From IMG/VR virus record IMGVR_UViG_3300031851_003023: 64,000 bases of DNA; one strand, 5' to 3'. Under the pieces are notes generated by a model. That model had not been told where the DNA came from, made no database searches, and was given only the letters and a program-made list of their open reading frames with translations. Shown here one piece after another: positions 19,242 through 29,164 of this stretch. Position numbers and translations under genes: made by a program. Positions within the stretch are counted from its first letter, which is position 1, and each line of letters begins with the position of its first letter. Source of the DNA: an uncultured virus (IMG/VR IMGVR_UViG_3300031851_003023). Lineage: Duplodnaviria > Heunggongvirae > Uroviricota > Caudoviricetes.

Positions 19242-19626
19242 CGTATCTGCTTGTTCATCAACACCATATCAAACTAGAGCTGTCGAACTACCAACTGTAA
19301 AAAGTCCTACCGGTGGTGTTAGCACTATGGTAGATGTTGTAAACGGACTTTACATATCTAGCAAGTACGGACTTAACCAACAGCAAAAACAAAAACAAAC
19401 AGGTGCATTTTATACAGCACTTGATAGTGACTATGGTAAAGTTATTAGTTGGTACGAACGTGATGCAAAAGGACATGTGAAAGCCGTACATGGTTATCCG
19501 CAAGGACGTGGATTCTGCAGAGTAGTTTATAGTTTAGTAACTGTAAAAGGACGTTCAAGACACTTTGAAGAAACAGCATGTAAAAAACATAACGACGATC
19601 TAAGGTGGCACATTGTCCGAAAATAA
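19186..19626 (+). CDS. Lipoprotein resembling 17-kDa surface antigen family
   Basis: Lipobox VSAC; C-terminal CR...ETACK...W motif. Confidence 0.65.
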   Translation: MRNLTEVLRSLILTATIVSVSACSSTPYQTRAVELPTVKSPTGGVSTMVDVVNGLYISSKYGLNQQQKQKQTGAFYTALDSDYGKVISWYERDAKGHVKAVHGYPQGRGFCRVVYSLVTVKGRSRHFEETACKKHNDDLRWHIVRK

Positions 19627-19651
19627 CGATAAATACATAGAGGGAAACACT

Positions 19652-21322
19652 ATGTTACTAGGTATATTAACATTAATCACGGCCCTTTGTATTAGTGCCG
19701 TGGCAATATATTATTCTGTTGCAGGACTTGTAGCAATCTTTGCCGCCGCGGCTGTGCCTATTATGATTATGGGCGGAGTACTTGAAGTCGGCAAACTAGT
19801 AACGGCTGTTTGGCTACACAAACATTGGAAACAGGCTGCATGGTGGTTACGAACCTATCTCGCCTCTGCGGTATTTGTTCTTATGCTTATAACAAGTATG
19901 GGCATATTTGGTTTTCTAAGTAAAGCACATATCGAACAAACTAGTGCAGGCGAAGAAAGTTTTGCACAAATAGAACGTATTGATGAAGAAATTGCTAGAC
20001 AGATTGGAATTGTTGGTCGAGCAGAAAACAAAGTAAGAGAATTAGAATCAAGCACATTCAACAACGACACACAAATACAAGAACAAATTGACAAAGAACA
20101 AAAGCGTATAGACACAGCATACGATCGTGTTCAACCTGCTATTGACGAGCAAAATGTTATTATTGCTAACGTCACAAAATTATTCCAAGCTGAGTTAGAT
20201 AAAATAGATGCAGAAATTAAAACCCTTCAAGGTTATGTAGACAATGGTGAAGTTAAGAAAGCCCAACAAACAATTGGCGCAAGTGCAGACGGAGTGTTTG
20301 GTAAAAAGACAGCAGAAAAAATTGGCGACTGGAAAGAAGCAAAGCAGGCAGAACGTGCAGACTGGTTAGTTAAGATACAAGACTCTGCAAACTCGCCTAC
20401 AGTAGTAGCGGCACGTAAAGAGATAACAAGATTAAGAAGTGTTGCTGACGATAATATTGCACAGTCTAATACACTTATCAATAGACTAAGAAGCAAGTTA
20501 GGCACAGACGATATTAACCTTGATGAATTGTTAGATGAACAGTTTGATAGAGTAAGAACAGCAAACACAGAAATAGAAACACTAACTGATGAAAAGTTTG
20601 AACTTGAATCAGAGTATAGAAAACTAGAAGCAGAAGTAGGACCAATCAAATATATTGCTGAGTTTGTATATGGTGAAGAAGCAGACCGTAATATGTTAGA
20701 AGAGGCTGTACGTTGGGTAATTATAATAATTATTTTTGTATTTGATCCTCTTGCTGTACTATTGCTAATTGCAAGTCAATACACGTTTGAATGGAATAAA
20801 AAACGTAAGCCTAAGCCTGAGCTTGACAACAATGAATGGAAAGACTACGAGCGTATGAGAGCAGATGTAATTTCTGCTAATGTTCCGCCATCATTTGAAC
20901 CAGAGCCAGCGCCTGAAGAAGAACTTAAATTTGAGGATGTCGATCAAGAAATACTAGACAAAGAATTTGAAGACGAAGAACCTGAAGTTGATGAAAAGAA
21001 ATACCCAGATACTAAAAATGCTTTTTTCTTTGCAGAGGAAATAGAGCAAATCAAAAAAAAAGACGTGAGACTTAAAGCCGAGTCAAACGAAACTCCCCAA
21101 CAAAAACAAAGACGCGAACACGTAGATATATTAGAAGCAGACGCTTCTATTGCTGAACGCAAAAGACAATGGAAGAACGACAATCCAAACGAGAACCTAA
21201 AGAGTTGGAAAACCTTATATATACAAGGTAGGATTGATAAGTTACCTTGGGTACCAGAAGAAGGGTATGTACAGAACAGCGAGCAATCCGACGATACATT
21301 ATGGAAACGGTTGAAAAAATAA
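19652..21322 (+). CDS. Large membrane-anchored coiled-coil protein
   Basis: Three N-terminal TM helices, long coiled coil, VGPIKYIAE and VFDPLAVLLLIA TM motif, acidic tail; start 19652 after GAGGG. Confidence 0.75.
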   Translation: MLLGILTLITALCISAVAIYYSVAGLVAIFAAAAVPIMIMGGVLEVGKLVTAVWLHKHWKQAAWWLRTYLASAVFVLMLITSMGIFGFLSKAHIEQTSAGEESFAQIERIDEEIARQIGIVGRAENKVRELESSTFNNDTQIQEQIDKEQKRIDTAYDRVQPAIDEQNVIIANVTKLFQAELDKIDAEIKTLQGYVDNGEVKKAQQTIGASADGVFGKKTAEKIGDWKEAKQAERADWLVKIQDSANSPTVVAARKEITRLRSVADDNIAQSNTLINRLRSKLGTDDINLDELLDEQFDRVRTANTEIETLTDEKFELESEYRKLEAEVGPIKYIAEFVYGEEADRNMLEEAVRWVIIIIIFVFDPLAVLLLIASQYTFEWNKKRKPKPELDNNEWKDYERMRADVISANVPPSFEPEPAPEEELKFEDVDQEILDKEFEDEEPEVDEKKYPDTKNAFFFAEEIEQIKKKDVRLKAESNETPQQKQRREHVDILEADASIAERKRQWKNDNPNENLKSWKTLYIQGRIDKLPWVPEEGYVQNSEQSDDTLWKRLKK

Positions 21323-21325
21323 TAC

Positions 21326-21715
21326 ATGCCACAAATTAAAGTAATTACTCCTCCGGATATACTTCACAATAACGACCCTAGCATATTACTAATATATCCA
21401 AGTACAGCTCTCAAAGAAGAGTTTCAAAAAGTTGTGGAAGACTGGGATCTATCATTTAACTTATACATATACTCACAACCAAACAATGATCAAGATTTAG
21501 ACTGGTTACTGTCGTTAGTACGTATATGTGATAAAACAATAATAGACTTAGATCATTGCGATCCGAAAGTACGTGATTTAGCATCTTATATAATATCACA
21601 TAGTAACACTTTATGGTTGACAAATGCCGTGGAAACAGTGTATAATAAATTAAGTATTAATCGAATATATGATTTACAACAACTAAAGGAAGGAGTACTT
21701 AGTGCCAAGAAATAA
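21326..21715 (+). CDS. Hypothetical protein
   Basis: ORF, operon packing. Confidence 0.6.
   Translation: MPQIKVITPPDILHNNDPSILLIYPSTALKEEFQKVVEDWDLSFNLYIYSQPNNDQDLDWLLSLVRICDKTIIDLDHCDPKVRDLASYIISHSNTLWLTNAVETVYNKLSINRIYDLQQLKEGVLSAKK
21617..21646 (+). promoter_or_regulatory. sigma70-type promoter for bS21 operon
   Basis: TTGACA-N18-TATAAT. Confidence 0.7.
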
Positions 21716-21986
21716 TAAATTCAGTAAGAACTTTAACAGTGGCAAACGCTACAACAGCGAAGCTAAAGAACAACCTAAGGGGTTGTCTGTAGAAGTACGT
21801 AACAACGATGTAACAAAAGCTCTTAGGATCTTTAAGAAGAAGATACAGGAAGCAGGCATCATCCAAGAAGTCCGCGAACGTGAGTTTTATGAAAAACCAA
21901 GCGAGAAGCGTAACCGTAAAAAGAAAGCGGCAATCAATAGGCATAAGAAAAACTTAGCCAAGAGAAAAAACGACTTAGGATTCTAA
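21702..21986 (+). CDS. rpsU: Ribosomal protein bS21
   Basis: VEVRNNDVTKALRIFKKK...REFYEKPSEKR; GTG start after AAGGAG. Confidence 0.92.
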   Translation: MPRNNKFSKNFNSGKRYNSEAKEQPKGLSVEVRNNDVTKALRIFKKKIQEAGIIQEVREREFYEKPSEKRNRKKKAAINRHKKNLAKRKNDLGF

Positions 21987-21987
21987 A

Positions 21988-22566
21988 ATGGCAATGCACA
22001 CAGAGCTATGGTTTCCTAGTGTTGTCTGGAGCTCGATGGTTCACAGCGGAAAGAATGACGAACTAAAACAGTTTGCATACGATCTAAAAAAGAATACACC
22101 GTCTCGTGTAATTAGTAACTACGGCGGTTATCAAAGTCCTGATATTAAAGCAGGCGAATGTAAAGCACTTGATAGGCTGTTACAAACTATTAACGAAGAA
22201 GTAGACTTCTGCACTAACCAAGTAGGACTAAAACCTCTTGAGTTATACAACGTCTGGTTAAACATCAATCCACCCGGAGCATATAACGATCTACATAATC
22301 ATGTAGACAGTGTTCTTAGTGGTGTGTATTATATAGACGCAGATCCTTCACAAGGTAATATACAGTTTGAACGTAGCGACAATGCTGATTACCATATGCC
22401 TATAGAAGTAGAGAAGCCTACATACTTTACAAGCACACGAGCAAGTTATGCATCAAAGACAAACGCACTGTATATTTTTCCTAGTTGGTTAAAGCACAGT
22501 GTACAAGGCAATACATCAAGACGTGATAGATTATCAATTAGTTTTAATTACGGAGAAAAACAGTGA
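21988..22566 (+). CDS. Putative 2OG-Fe(II) oxygenase
   Basis: [30 protein letters not shown]. Confidence 0.85.
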   Translation: MAMHTELWFPSVVWSSMVHSGKNDELKQFAYDLKKNTPSRVISNYGGYQSPDIKAGECKALDRLLQTINEEVDFCTNQVGLKPLELYNVWLNINPPGAYNDLHNHVDSVLSGVYYIDADPSQGNIQFERSDNADYHMPIEVEKPTYFTSTRASYASKTNALYIFPSWLKHSVQGNTSRRDRLSISFNYGEKQ

Positions 22567-23711
22567 GGATTGAAGAAGACATGAAGTTAGACTATAAGGA
22601 TGTTTTAATTCGTCCTAAGCGTAGTACATTACGTAGTCGTAGTCAAGTTAAACTAGACCGTAAGTTTCAGTTTAGGCACTACCGGCCAGACTTTCCTGAA
22701 AACAGAATAGCAGATCACTACAATGGTATTCCTGTAATGGCAAGTAACATGGATGGGGTTGGTACATTTACAATGGCAGACAAACTTGCTGAAGGCGAAA
22801 TGTTTACTTGTCTAGTTAAGACATATAGTGCAGAAGAACTTATTGAGTACTTCAATGGTCCTATTGAACGTGCTGAATGTGTAGCAATGAGCATTGGCAC
22901 AAGCGAAAGTGATTATAACAAACTATTGCAAGTAAAAAAAGAATGTGACAGCAAACTCAAGTATGTTTGTATGGACATTGCAAATGGTTATAGTGATCAT
23001 TTTGCAAAACATGTTCGTAAGGTTAGAGAAGAGTTTCCAGACTTGGTAATCATTGCTGGTAATGTTGTAACAAGAGAAATGACAGAGGAGTTAATTTTAA
23101 GTGGAGCAGATATTGTTAAAGTGGGCATCGGTCCTGGGAGCGTTTGCACGACTCGTATTCAAACTGGTGTTGGTTATCCTCAGCTTAGTGCTGTTATTGA
23201 GTGTGCTGATGCTGCTCATGGCCTTGGCGGACATATCATCGCTGATGGCGGATGTAGTACTCCTGGAGACGTTGCTAAGGCATTCGCTGGAGGAGCAGAC
23301 TTCGTTATGCTTGGAGGCATGCTTGCTGGACATGACGAAGGTGGCGGCAAGGTAATTACCAGGTACTATCAAACAAATGAACTTATACGTGAAGACGTCG
23401 GCGACCAAACAAAAGAAACATGCCGAGTTGAAGAAAAACAGTTTGTACAATTCTACGGAATGAGTAGTGCTAGTGCAAACAACAAACATTTTGGTGGATT
23501 GAAAGATTATCGTTCATCAGAAGGACGCACAGTGTTAGTGCCTTATAGAGGAGAAGTTGCCCGAACGGTGCAAGAGATCCTTGGAGGTGTGCGTAGTACA
23601 TGTACCTATGCAGGTGCAATGAAACTAAAACAACTAGCAAAATGTACAACGTTCGTTCGTTGTACGCAAACTCATAATTCAGTTTATGAGTCTGCAACCA
23701 TAGGAAAATAA
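22563..23711 (+). CDS. guaC: GMP reductase
   Basis: [42 protein letters not shown]. Confidence 0.95.
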   Translation: MRIEEDMKLDYKDVLIRPKRSTLRSRSQVKLDRKFQFRHYRPDFPENRIADHYNGIPVMASNMDGVGTFTMADKLAEGEMFTCLVKTYSAEELIEYFNGPIERAECVAMSIGTSESDYNKLLQVKKECDSKLKYVCMDIANGYSDHFAKHVRKVREEFPDLVIIAGNVVTREMTEELILSGADIVKVGIGPGSVCTTRIQTGVGYPQLSAVIECADAAHGLGGHIIADGGCSTPGDVAKAFAGGADFVMLGGMLAGHDEGGGKVITRYYQTNELIREDVGDQTKETCRVEEKQFVQFYGMSSASANNKHFGGLKDYRSSEGRTVLVPYRGEVARTVQEILGGVRSTCTYAGAMKLKQLAKCTTFVRCTQTHNSVYESATIGK

Positions 23712-23726
23712 ACACAGGAGATAAAA

Positions 23727-24782
23727 ATGACCTTGGAAAACTTACACTTGCTGTACAAGGGGCAAGAATACCTACTGTTTATTGCATTCATCATGATGGT
23801 TGCTGGTTTGATAAAACAACACAATTTGTTTGCAGGCGCTTATGCTTACATACAAAAAGTGTTTAAATCAAAGCGTGTAATTGTAGCACTGATGAGTGCA
23901 TTTACGGGTATTCTCCCTATATCCGGCCGTGTGACAGTATCGGCTGGTATGTTAGACACTATCGCTCCTCCGAAAGGATCAAAAGGACGAGAGAAGTTTG
24001 GCATAATTGATTATCTGTCAACACACCATTACTATGTGTGGTCACCATTGGAAAAGACTATTCTTATACCAATGGCTGCATTTAGTATTACATACGGTGC
24101 TGTAGTATATTCATTACTACCACTGTTGATTGTTTCTTTAGGATTGGTGTTTGGGTATATTATGTTTTTTGTCAAAGAAGATGACATTGAACTTAACATA
24201 CAAAAACAACATTTTAAAGTTTCTAATGTTTTAAGAAACGTAGTACCTTTCTTATTTGCTATCGCACTAGCACTAAAACCAGTAGCGGGCTTAGACCCTT
24301 GGTTAGTGTTTGGCGGGCTGTTGTTCTACTACATGGTATTAACTATGACGTGGGACTACAAAAGGTTACTAGGCTTTGTAGACTTTAAACTACTTGCCTG
24401 GGTTGCTGTTATTATTATAATGGCTAACTTTACAAGAGAGTATACAAACGATATTAAAGCGTATCTTGAAAATACAGCGTTTGACATTAACACTGTTACA
24501 GGCTTTGCTACACTAAGTGGCTTAGCGTTTGGTTCAGCATTTTTGTTTGGATCAAGTAGCAGGTTTGCTGCTATCACAACAATACTATCATTAGTGTACG
24601 GAGTAGAATACTTTGTATGGTTCTTTGCACTAGACTATTGCGGATACCTAGTATCACCAATGCATAAATGTATGGCAATAGGGAAGATGTATTTTGGAAC
24701 ACCTTGGCGTAAGTATGCAGGTGCTCTTGGAGTATGGATGCTCTTACTAGTGGGCGCAGGTGGCGCAACACTAATAATCTAA
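23727..24782 (+). CDS. Multi-pass inner-membrane protein, putative transporter
   Basis: About ten hydrophobic helices; GILPISG and SPMHKC motifs. Confidence 0.7.
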   Translation: MTLENLHLLYKGQEYLLFIAFIMMVAGLIKQHNLFAGAYAYIQKVFKSKRVIVALMSAFTGILPISGRVTVSAGMLDTIAPPKGSKGREKFGIIDYLSTHHYYVWSPLEKTILIPMAAFSITYGAVVYSLLPLLIVSLGLVFGYIMFFVKEDDIELNIQKQHFKVSNVLRNVVPFLFAIALALKPVAGLDPWLVFGGLLFYYMVLTMTWDYKRLLGFVDFKLLAWVAVIIIMANFTREYTNDIKAYLENTAFDINTVTGFATLSGLAFGSAFLFGSSSRFAAITTILSLVYGVEYFVWFFALDYCGYLVSPMHKCMAIGKMYFGTPWRKYAGALGVWMLLLVGAGGATLII

Positions 24783-24840
24783 AAACATAAAAATTAAAGT
24801 AGGCCTATCATTTGGGCCTACAACTACGGAGACTTTTAAA

Positions 24841-25434
24841 ATGAAATATATAATAACACTAATAATACTGCTGTCATTAACAGCAACCTTTGCAGAAGCA
24901 GAGGACTTTGATTATGTTGAAACTAATACGTTTGTCAAACATTCTGACAGCGGAATTACTTTAGGCATAAGAGAAAACATCAACTTAGATGTATCACAGA
25001 TAATCGTAAGGAAGGACTTTACTGGAACACCTTACAGATTAGAGTACAGAAATGTACAAAAAGGAGAGCGTGAAGAACATTGGTTCAGAGCGCAAATGAA
25101 AGGCTTTAGATCAGGTGCGTTATGGTTTAATCATCGTATTGAACATCGCATTAGAGAAAGCAAAGATAACGTCTTTCGTTATCGTCCACAGTTTGGTTAC
25201 AAGCCAAGTAATGTTACTGTCTTTGGAGGCAAGCCGTTTATTACAGTTGAGCCCCAATTCAACCTAACATATAGTTCAGGTAAGGCAGGTTACAGTCACT
25301 TACAAACCTTTACAGGATTAGAGTATAAAGTAAGTGATAAATTTACAGTAGTACCATATGTTGAAGTTGACTTTGACAAGACTTTTGAAAAGGATGTTGC
25401 ATTCTTTATAGTTGACTTTAAATTCAAACTATAG
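24841..25434 (+). CDS. Outer-membrane beta-barrel protein
   Basis: Signal peptide (AEA-E), RIEHR and FRYR strands, C-terminal DFKFKL. Confidence 0.65.
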   Translation: MKYIITLIILLSLTATFAEAEDFDYVETNTFVKHSDSGITLGIRENINLDVSQIIVRKDFTGTPYRLEYRNVQKGEREEHWFRAQMKGFRSGALWFNHRIEHRIRESKDNVFRYRPQFGYKPSNVTVFGGKPFITVEPQFNLTYSSGKAGYSHLQTFTGLEYKVSDKFTVVPYVEVDFDKTFEKDVAFFIVDFKFKL

Positions 25435-25464
25435 TATAATTAAATTAATTTACAGGAAATAACT

Positions 25465-25752
25465 ATGAACTTAAGACCAATTCTTGATAAAATTATTATC
25501 AAGGTAGATGAACCTGAACAGCAAACAGCAGGAGGTATTTTTATTGCAACAGTAAAGCAAGACGGAATACTTGAAGCTGAAGTACTTGCTGTTGGACCTG
25601 GCACGTATGACAACAGAGGCAACTTTGTAGTACCTAATATCAATATTGGTGATAGGATACTAGTCAACCCAGGCACAGGTGATTCGTACGAATTGTCAGA
25701 TGTAAAATACACAACTATCGTCGAAAAAGATATAGTAGCGGTTTTACAATGA
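25465..25752 (+). CDS. groES: Co-chaperonin GroES
   Basis: LRPILDKIII, TAGGIFI, VLAVGPG, EKDIVAV. Confidence 0.92.
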   Translation: MNLRPILDKIIIKVDEPEQQTAGGIFIATVKQDGILEAEVLAVGPGTYDNRGNFVVPNINIGDRILVNPGTGDSYELSDVKYTTIVEKDIVAVLQ

Positions 25753-25761
25753 TAAATAAAA

Positions 25762-25852
25762 GTGTAGGAAGGACTGATTCTTTTCTACACTTTAACTGGC
25801 ATGCCGAAAGGGTGCTAAATTTAATCTTGCTTATTATAAGGAGAAAATTATG
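25762..25852 (+). promoter_or_regulatory. ROSE-like RNA thermometer candidate in hsp20 leader
   Basis: Two 5' hairpins plus TCTTGCT (25825-25831) able to pair with AAGGAGA SD. Confidence 0.6.
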
Positions 25853-26308
25853 ACAAGACTAACAACTCTAGACCTACCTAACTTCCACAGAGCTACTATT
25901 GGCTTTGATAGACTATTTAATGAACTCGAAAGAGGGTTTGCAAACAGTCCAAACGGAAACGGGTATCCCCCATACAACATTGCACAAATTAACGATGATG
26001 AGTATATGATCTCATTAGCCGTTGCCGGCTTTGGTATGGATAACCTTGAAATCACAAAAGATGGAGACATTTTAAAGATTGAAGGAACCGCTCCTAAAGG
26101 AGATGAAGACGTCAACTACCTACACAAAGGTATTGCCGGACGCAACTTCCGTAGGGAGTTTACACTTGCTGATCATGTAAATGTAACAAATGCTACACTT
26201 GAACTAGGTATGCTTAATGTACACCTAACACGTGAAGTACCAGATGCACTGAAGCCAAAAACAATTAAGATCAACGAAGGTCTTACAATTGACGGCGAAA
26301 GCAAGTAA
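25850..26308 (+). CDS. Small heat-shock protein (IbpA/Hsp20)
   Basis: IGFDRLF, YPPYNI, LAVAGF, YLHKGIAGRNF. Confidence 0.95.
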   Translation: MTRLTTLDLPNFHRATIGFDRLFNELERGFANSPNGNGYPPYNIAQINDDEYMISLAVAGFGMDNLEITKDGDILKIEGTAPKGDEDVNYLHKGIAGRNFRREFTLADHVNVTNATLELGMLNVHLTREVPDALKPKTIKINEGLTIDGESK

Positions 26309-26356
26309 ATGTCTAGGGGGAGTGAAATATCTCCCCCATCTATTAGGAGAAAATAA

Positions 26357-26668
26357 ATGAGTACCGACCTAGATGTCAAATTGGATGAAAAGATTAAACA
26401 AGAAATCAAGGAACCTTCACAGTACAAGGTAATATTTCTAAATGACAGCGCCACTCCTATGGAATGGGTAGTGGACTTATTGATAACTATATTTAAGCAC
26501 AGTCAACAATCGGCTGAAGAGATAACTATGACAGTACACACAGAAGGTAGCGGCATAGTTGGAATTTACTCTTACGAGATTGCTGAAGTTAGAGCCCACG
26601 AAGCAACAACATTAAGTAGGAACCACGGGTTCCCCTTACAAATAAAGATAGAAGAAAATCAAGAGTAA
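26357..26668 (+). CDS. clpS: ClpS adaptor
   Basis: YKVIFLNDSATPMEWVV, VHTEG, YEIAE, GFPL. Confidence 0.92.
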   Translation: MSTDLDVKLDEKIKQEIKEPSQYKVIFLNDSATPMEWVVDLLITIFKHSQQSAEEITMTVHTEGSGIVGIYSYEIAEVRAHEATTLSRNHGFPLQIKIEENQE

Positions 26669-27234
26669 TGACAAAAATAAAAGACCTGACATGGGAACAT
26701 CATAAAGAAGCAGAAAGACAAGAATTTGTAAAAGTACTGATGAGTGGAAAAATTAACCCACAGTTTTATGCAACATACTTGTGGAACCAACACAAGAAGT
26801 ACGATCTATTAGAAGCAATGGCAAACGTACATGGATTATTAGATGATCTATTTGAAATAAGACGTAAGAGTGCTATCTATCAAGATTATGAAGAATTATG
26901 GGACAATCAATTACCGCCGCCCATAGTTGAAAGCACAAACGAATACATTGGACATATGAAAGAGATAATGCATGATGCTGATGCTGTTATGGCACACATA
27001 TATGTTTTACATATGGGCGATTTAAGTGGCGGACAAATGATTAGAAAGCGTGTACCTGGTAAATGCAAAATGTATGACTTTGAAGGTGATGTCGCTGACT
27101 TAAAAGAAAGAATTAGATCAAGAATTAATGATGATATGGCAGACGAAGCAAAGTTTGTTTTTGAATCTAGTACCAAACTATTTAAAGAAATGATGGAGTT
27201 AGACATTGAGCGTTATCTGGAACCGACTGATTGA
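26668..27234 (+). CDS. Heme oxygenase
   Basis: T.EHHKEAE proximal His; AHIYVLHMGDLSGGQMI. Confidence 0.92.
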   Translation: MTKIKDLTWEHHKEAERQEFVKVLMSGKINPQFYATYLWNQHKKYDLLEAMANVHGLLDDLFEIRRKSAIYQDYEELWDNQLPPPIVESTNEYIGHMKEIMHDADAVMAHIYVLHMGDLSGGQMIRKRVPGKCKMYDFEGDVADLKERIRSRINDDMADEAKFVFESSTKLFKEMMELDIERYLEPTD

Positions 27235-27913
27235 GTGCCAAGATCAAATAATTGAAATATTTGAGAAGCATGCAAGCGAAATAGAGGAGCCTGGACTGGC
27301 ACATTTTAATCAACCTGATAACGGTTGGATTAATCGTGTATGGGCAAATAAGAACGTGCGTAGAGCGCACATAGACGTTGTAGATGCACGTAAGTCTAAA
27401 GGCTTGTGGATGATGCACGTATGTTGTTTTCCAACATTAGATAACGATGCACCAATATACGGCTTTGATGTTATTGCAGGTAAGAATAAAATGACAGGTG
27501 CCTTCCACGACTTTTCAGCAAGTAGTGGCGGTGAAGAACATCCTATGATAGAAGGATATAAGGATGCTGTTAAAGACTTTATACCAACAAAGCAACGTAA
27601 GTTGCCTGAATGGGCAACTAATATATTCACAGACAGTATGATTGCCGCAGGCAATGTACGTACAGAAGAAGAAGCTGTATCTATTATTGAATTAGCTGTA
27701 GCAAACTTAGAAGCGTGGTTTGAAGAAGTACCTGCTTTTGAAGGATATGGTGACAAGTATCTAACACTAGCATCACAAAATTATTACTGTGAAAATCAGC
27801 AAAAAAATCCGCATACAGCAAATGTAATGAAAACTCTTGGTATATCAGAAACTGATGTTGATACATTCTGCACCGACATGTTGTTTCCTAAATTAGATAA
27901 ATATTCTATATAA
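27206..27913 (+). CDS. Ferredoxin-dependent bilin reductase (PcyA/PcyX-like)
   Basis: RRAH, MMHVCCFP, PIYGFDV, FHDFS, LPEWA..IF, YCENQQKNPHT; directly after heme oxygenase. Confidence 0.9.
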   Translation: MSVIWNRLIECQDQIIEIFEKHASEIEEPGLAHFNQPDNGWINRVWANKNVRRAHIDVVDARKSKGLWMMHVCCFPTLDNDAPIYGFDVIAGKNKMTGAFHDFSASSGGEEHPMIEGYKDAVKDFIPTKQRKLPEWATNIFTDSMIAAGNVRTEEEAVSIIELAVANLEAWFEEVPAFEGYGDKYLTLASQNYYCENQQKNPHTANVMKTLGISETDVDTFCTDMLFPKLDKYSI

Positions 27914-27928
27914 GGGATATAATATATA

Positions 27929-29053
27929 ATGCGATTTCAGGATTTTAAATTAGTCGAAGCACCAGGTGATGAAATACCTGCAAAGAAGATGGCAAATGTA
28001 AATGTTGCATCTGATACATTCGACGACAAAGAAGTAAACGATTTACAACAGCAAGTAGCTGACAGAGTGATGCGAGTACAAGATCCTAGTGTACTACATA
28101 GAGTTGAAGCTATCTTACGTAAAGGCGGCATTACTAGAATCTCAAATGCATACTTCAAACGTGATAGTGATGCAGAGAAGTTTGTCAATAGACTAGCAAC
28201 AATGATCATCGAACTTGAAATCCCTACTAACGATAAGATCGCATTCCTTAAAGAATTTGCAACTAAAAATTGTATTATCCCAGAAAAGATTTTCGACGGC
28301 ACAGGAACTCCACAGTCAATGGACACTTGGTTTGATGGCAGTCAAACAGCAAGAACAATGTTTAAGGCTATGATTAACGATCCAGGACTAATTGGTAAGA
28401 ACGCTGGCGAAGCAGGCCCAGGTGAACTTGCTATTGCTTGCTTCCATAGAAAGATTACAGCTGGTACAGATCCAAAAGCAAGTTATGATTTAAAATACGG
28501 CAGTGACTTAATTGAAGTTAAGACATCAGCTGGTGGTAAAGGTGGCGGACGTTGGACAGCAATGAACGACTATCCACTAGATACTTACATACGTAGCTCA
28601 GAAAGCAGAATAGATCCTAAGAAATGTCCTAAGAGTGTTAGTATGTTTAGATCAACACGCCAAAGTGCAAAGACATTACCTAATATCGTAGACGTACTAA
28701 GTGATCCGCAATACTTAAAAGAAGAAGGCGGACAACCTATTATGATTGCTGAACAAAAACAAATATTCAAACGTTTATTACAATATGCATATCCAAATGC
28801 AGATGACCAATTAATAAACAAAGCTGCAAGTTCATATCCTGATCATACTACTAGAGACATTGCTCCAGTAGCGTTTGCAAGTTACAAAGCAAAGCAAGAC
28901 TTTACAAGTATGCTATTAATGAAAGCAAGTGGTGATAACATTACAACACTACACTTTAATGATCTATCAGTAGCAGTAGATAAATTTAAACTAGGTGCTC
29001 TATACCTTAACGGACAACAACGTGGTATGAGTATGCAGGCAACCTTAGTATAA
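27929..29053 (+). CDS. Putative PD-(D/E)XK nuclease-like protein with head-targeting-like leader
   Basis: GPGE...YDL...IEVK motif; N-terminus MRFQDFKLVEA; GATAAATA upstream. Confidence 0.5.
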   Translation: MRFQDFKLVEAPGDEIPAKKMANVNVASDTFDDKEVNDLQQQVADRVMRVQDPSVLHRVEAILRKGGITRISNAYFKRDSDAEKFVNRLATMIIELEIPTNDKIAFLKEFATKNCIIPEKIFDGTGTPQSMDTWFDGSQTARTMFKAMINDPGLIGKNAGEAGPGELAIACFHRKITAGTDPKASYDLKYGSDLIEVKTSAGGKGGGRWTAMNDYPLDTYIRSSESRIDPKKCPKSVSMFRSTRQSAKTLPNIVDVLSDPQYLKEEGGQPIMIAEQKQIFKRLLQYAYPNADDQLINKAASSYPDHTTRDIAPVAFASYKAKQDFTSMLLMKASGDNITTLHFNDLSVAVDKFKLGALYLNGQQRGMSMQATLV

Positions 29054-29164
29054 CCCACCCTTCAAAAAACAGTACTTTGGTACTGGAATCTCCTTGAGCT
29101 TTGGCTAAATACAATTGGTAATTCGATGAACAGAGCGTGAGGGCGTTCGCAACGGAGAGATATT

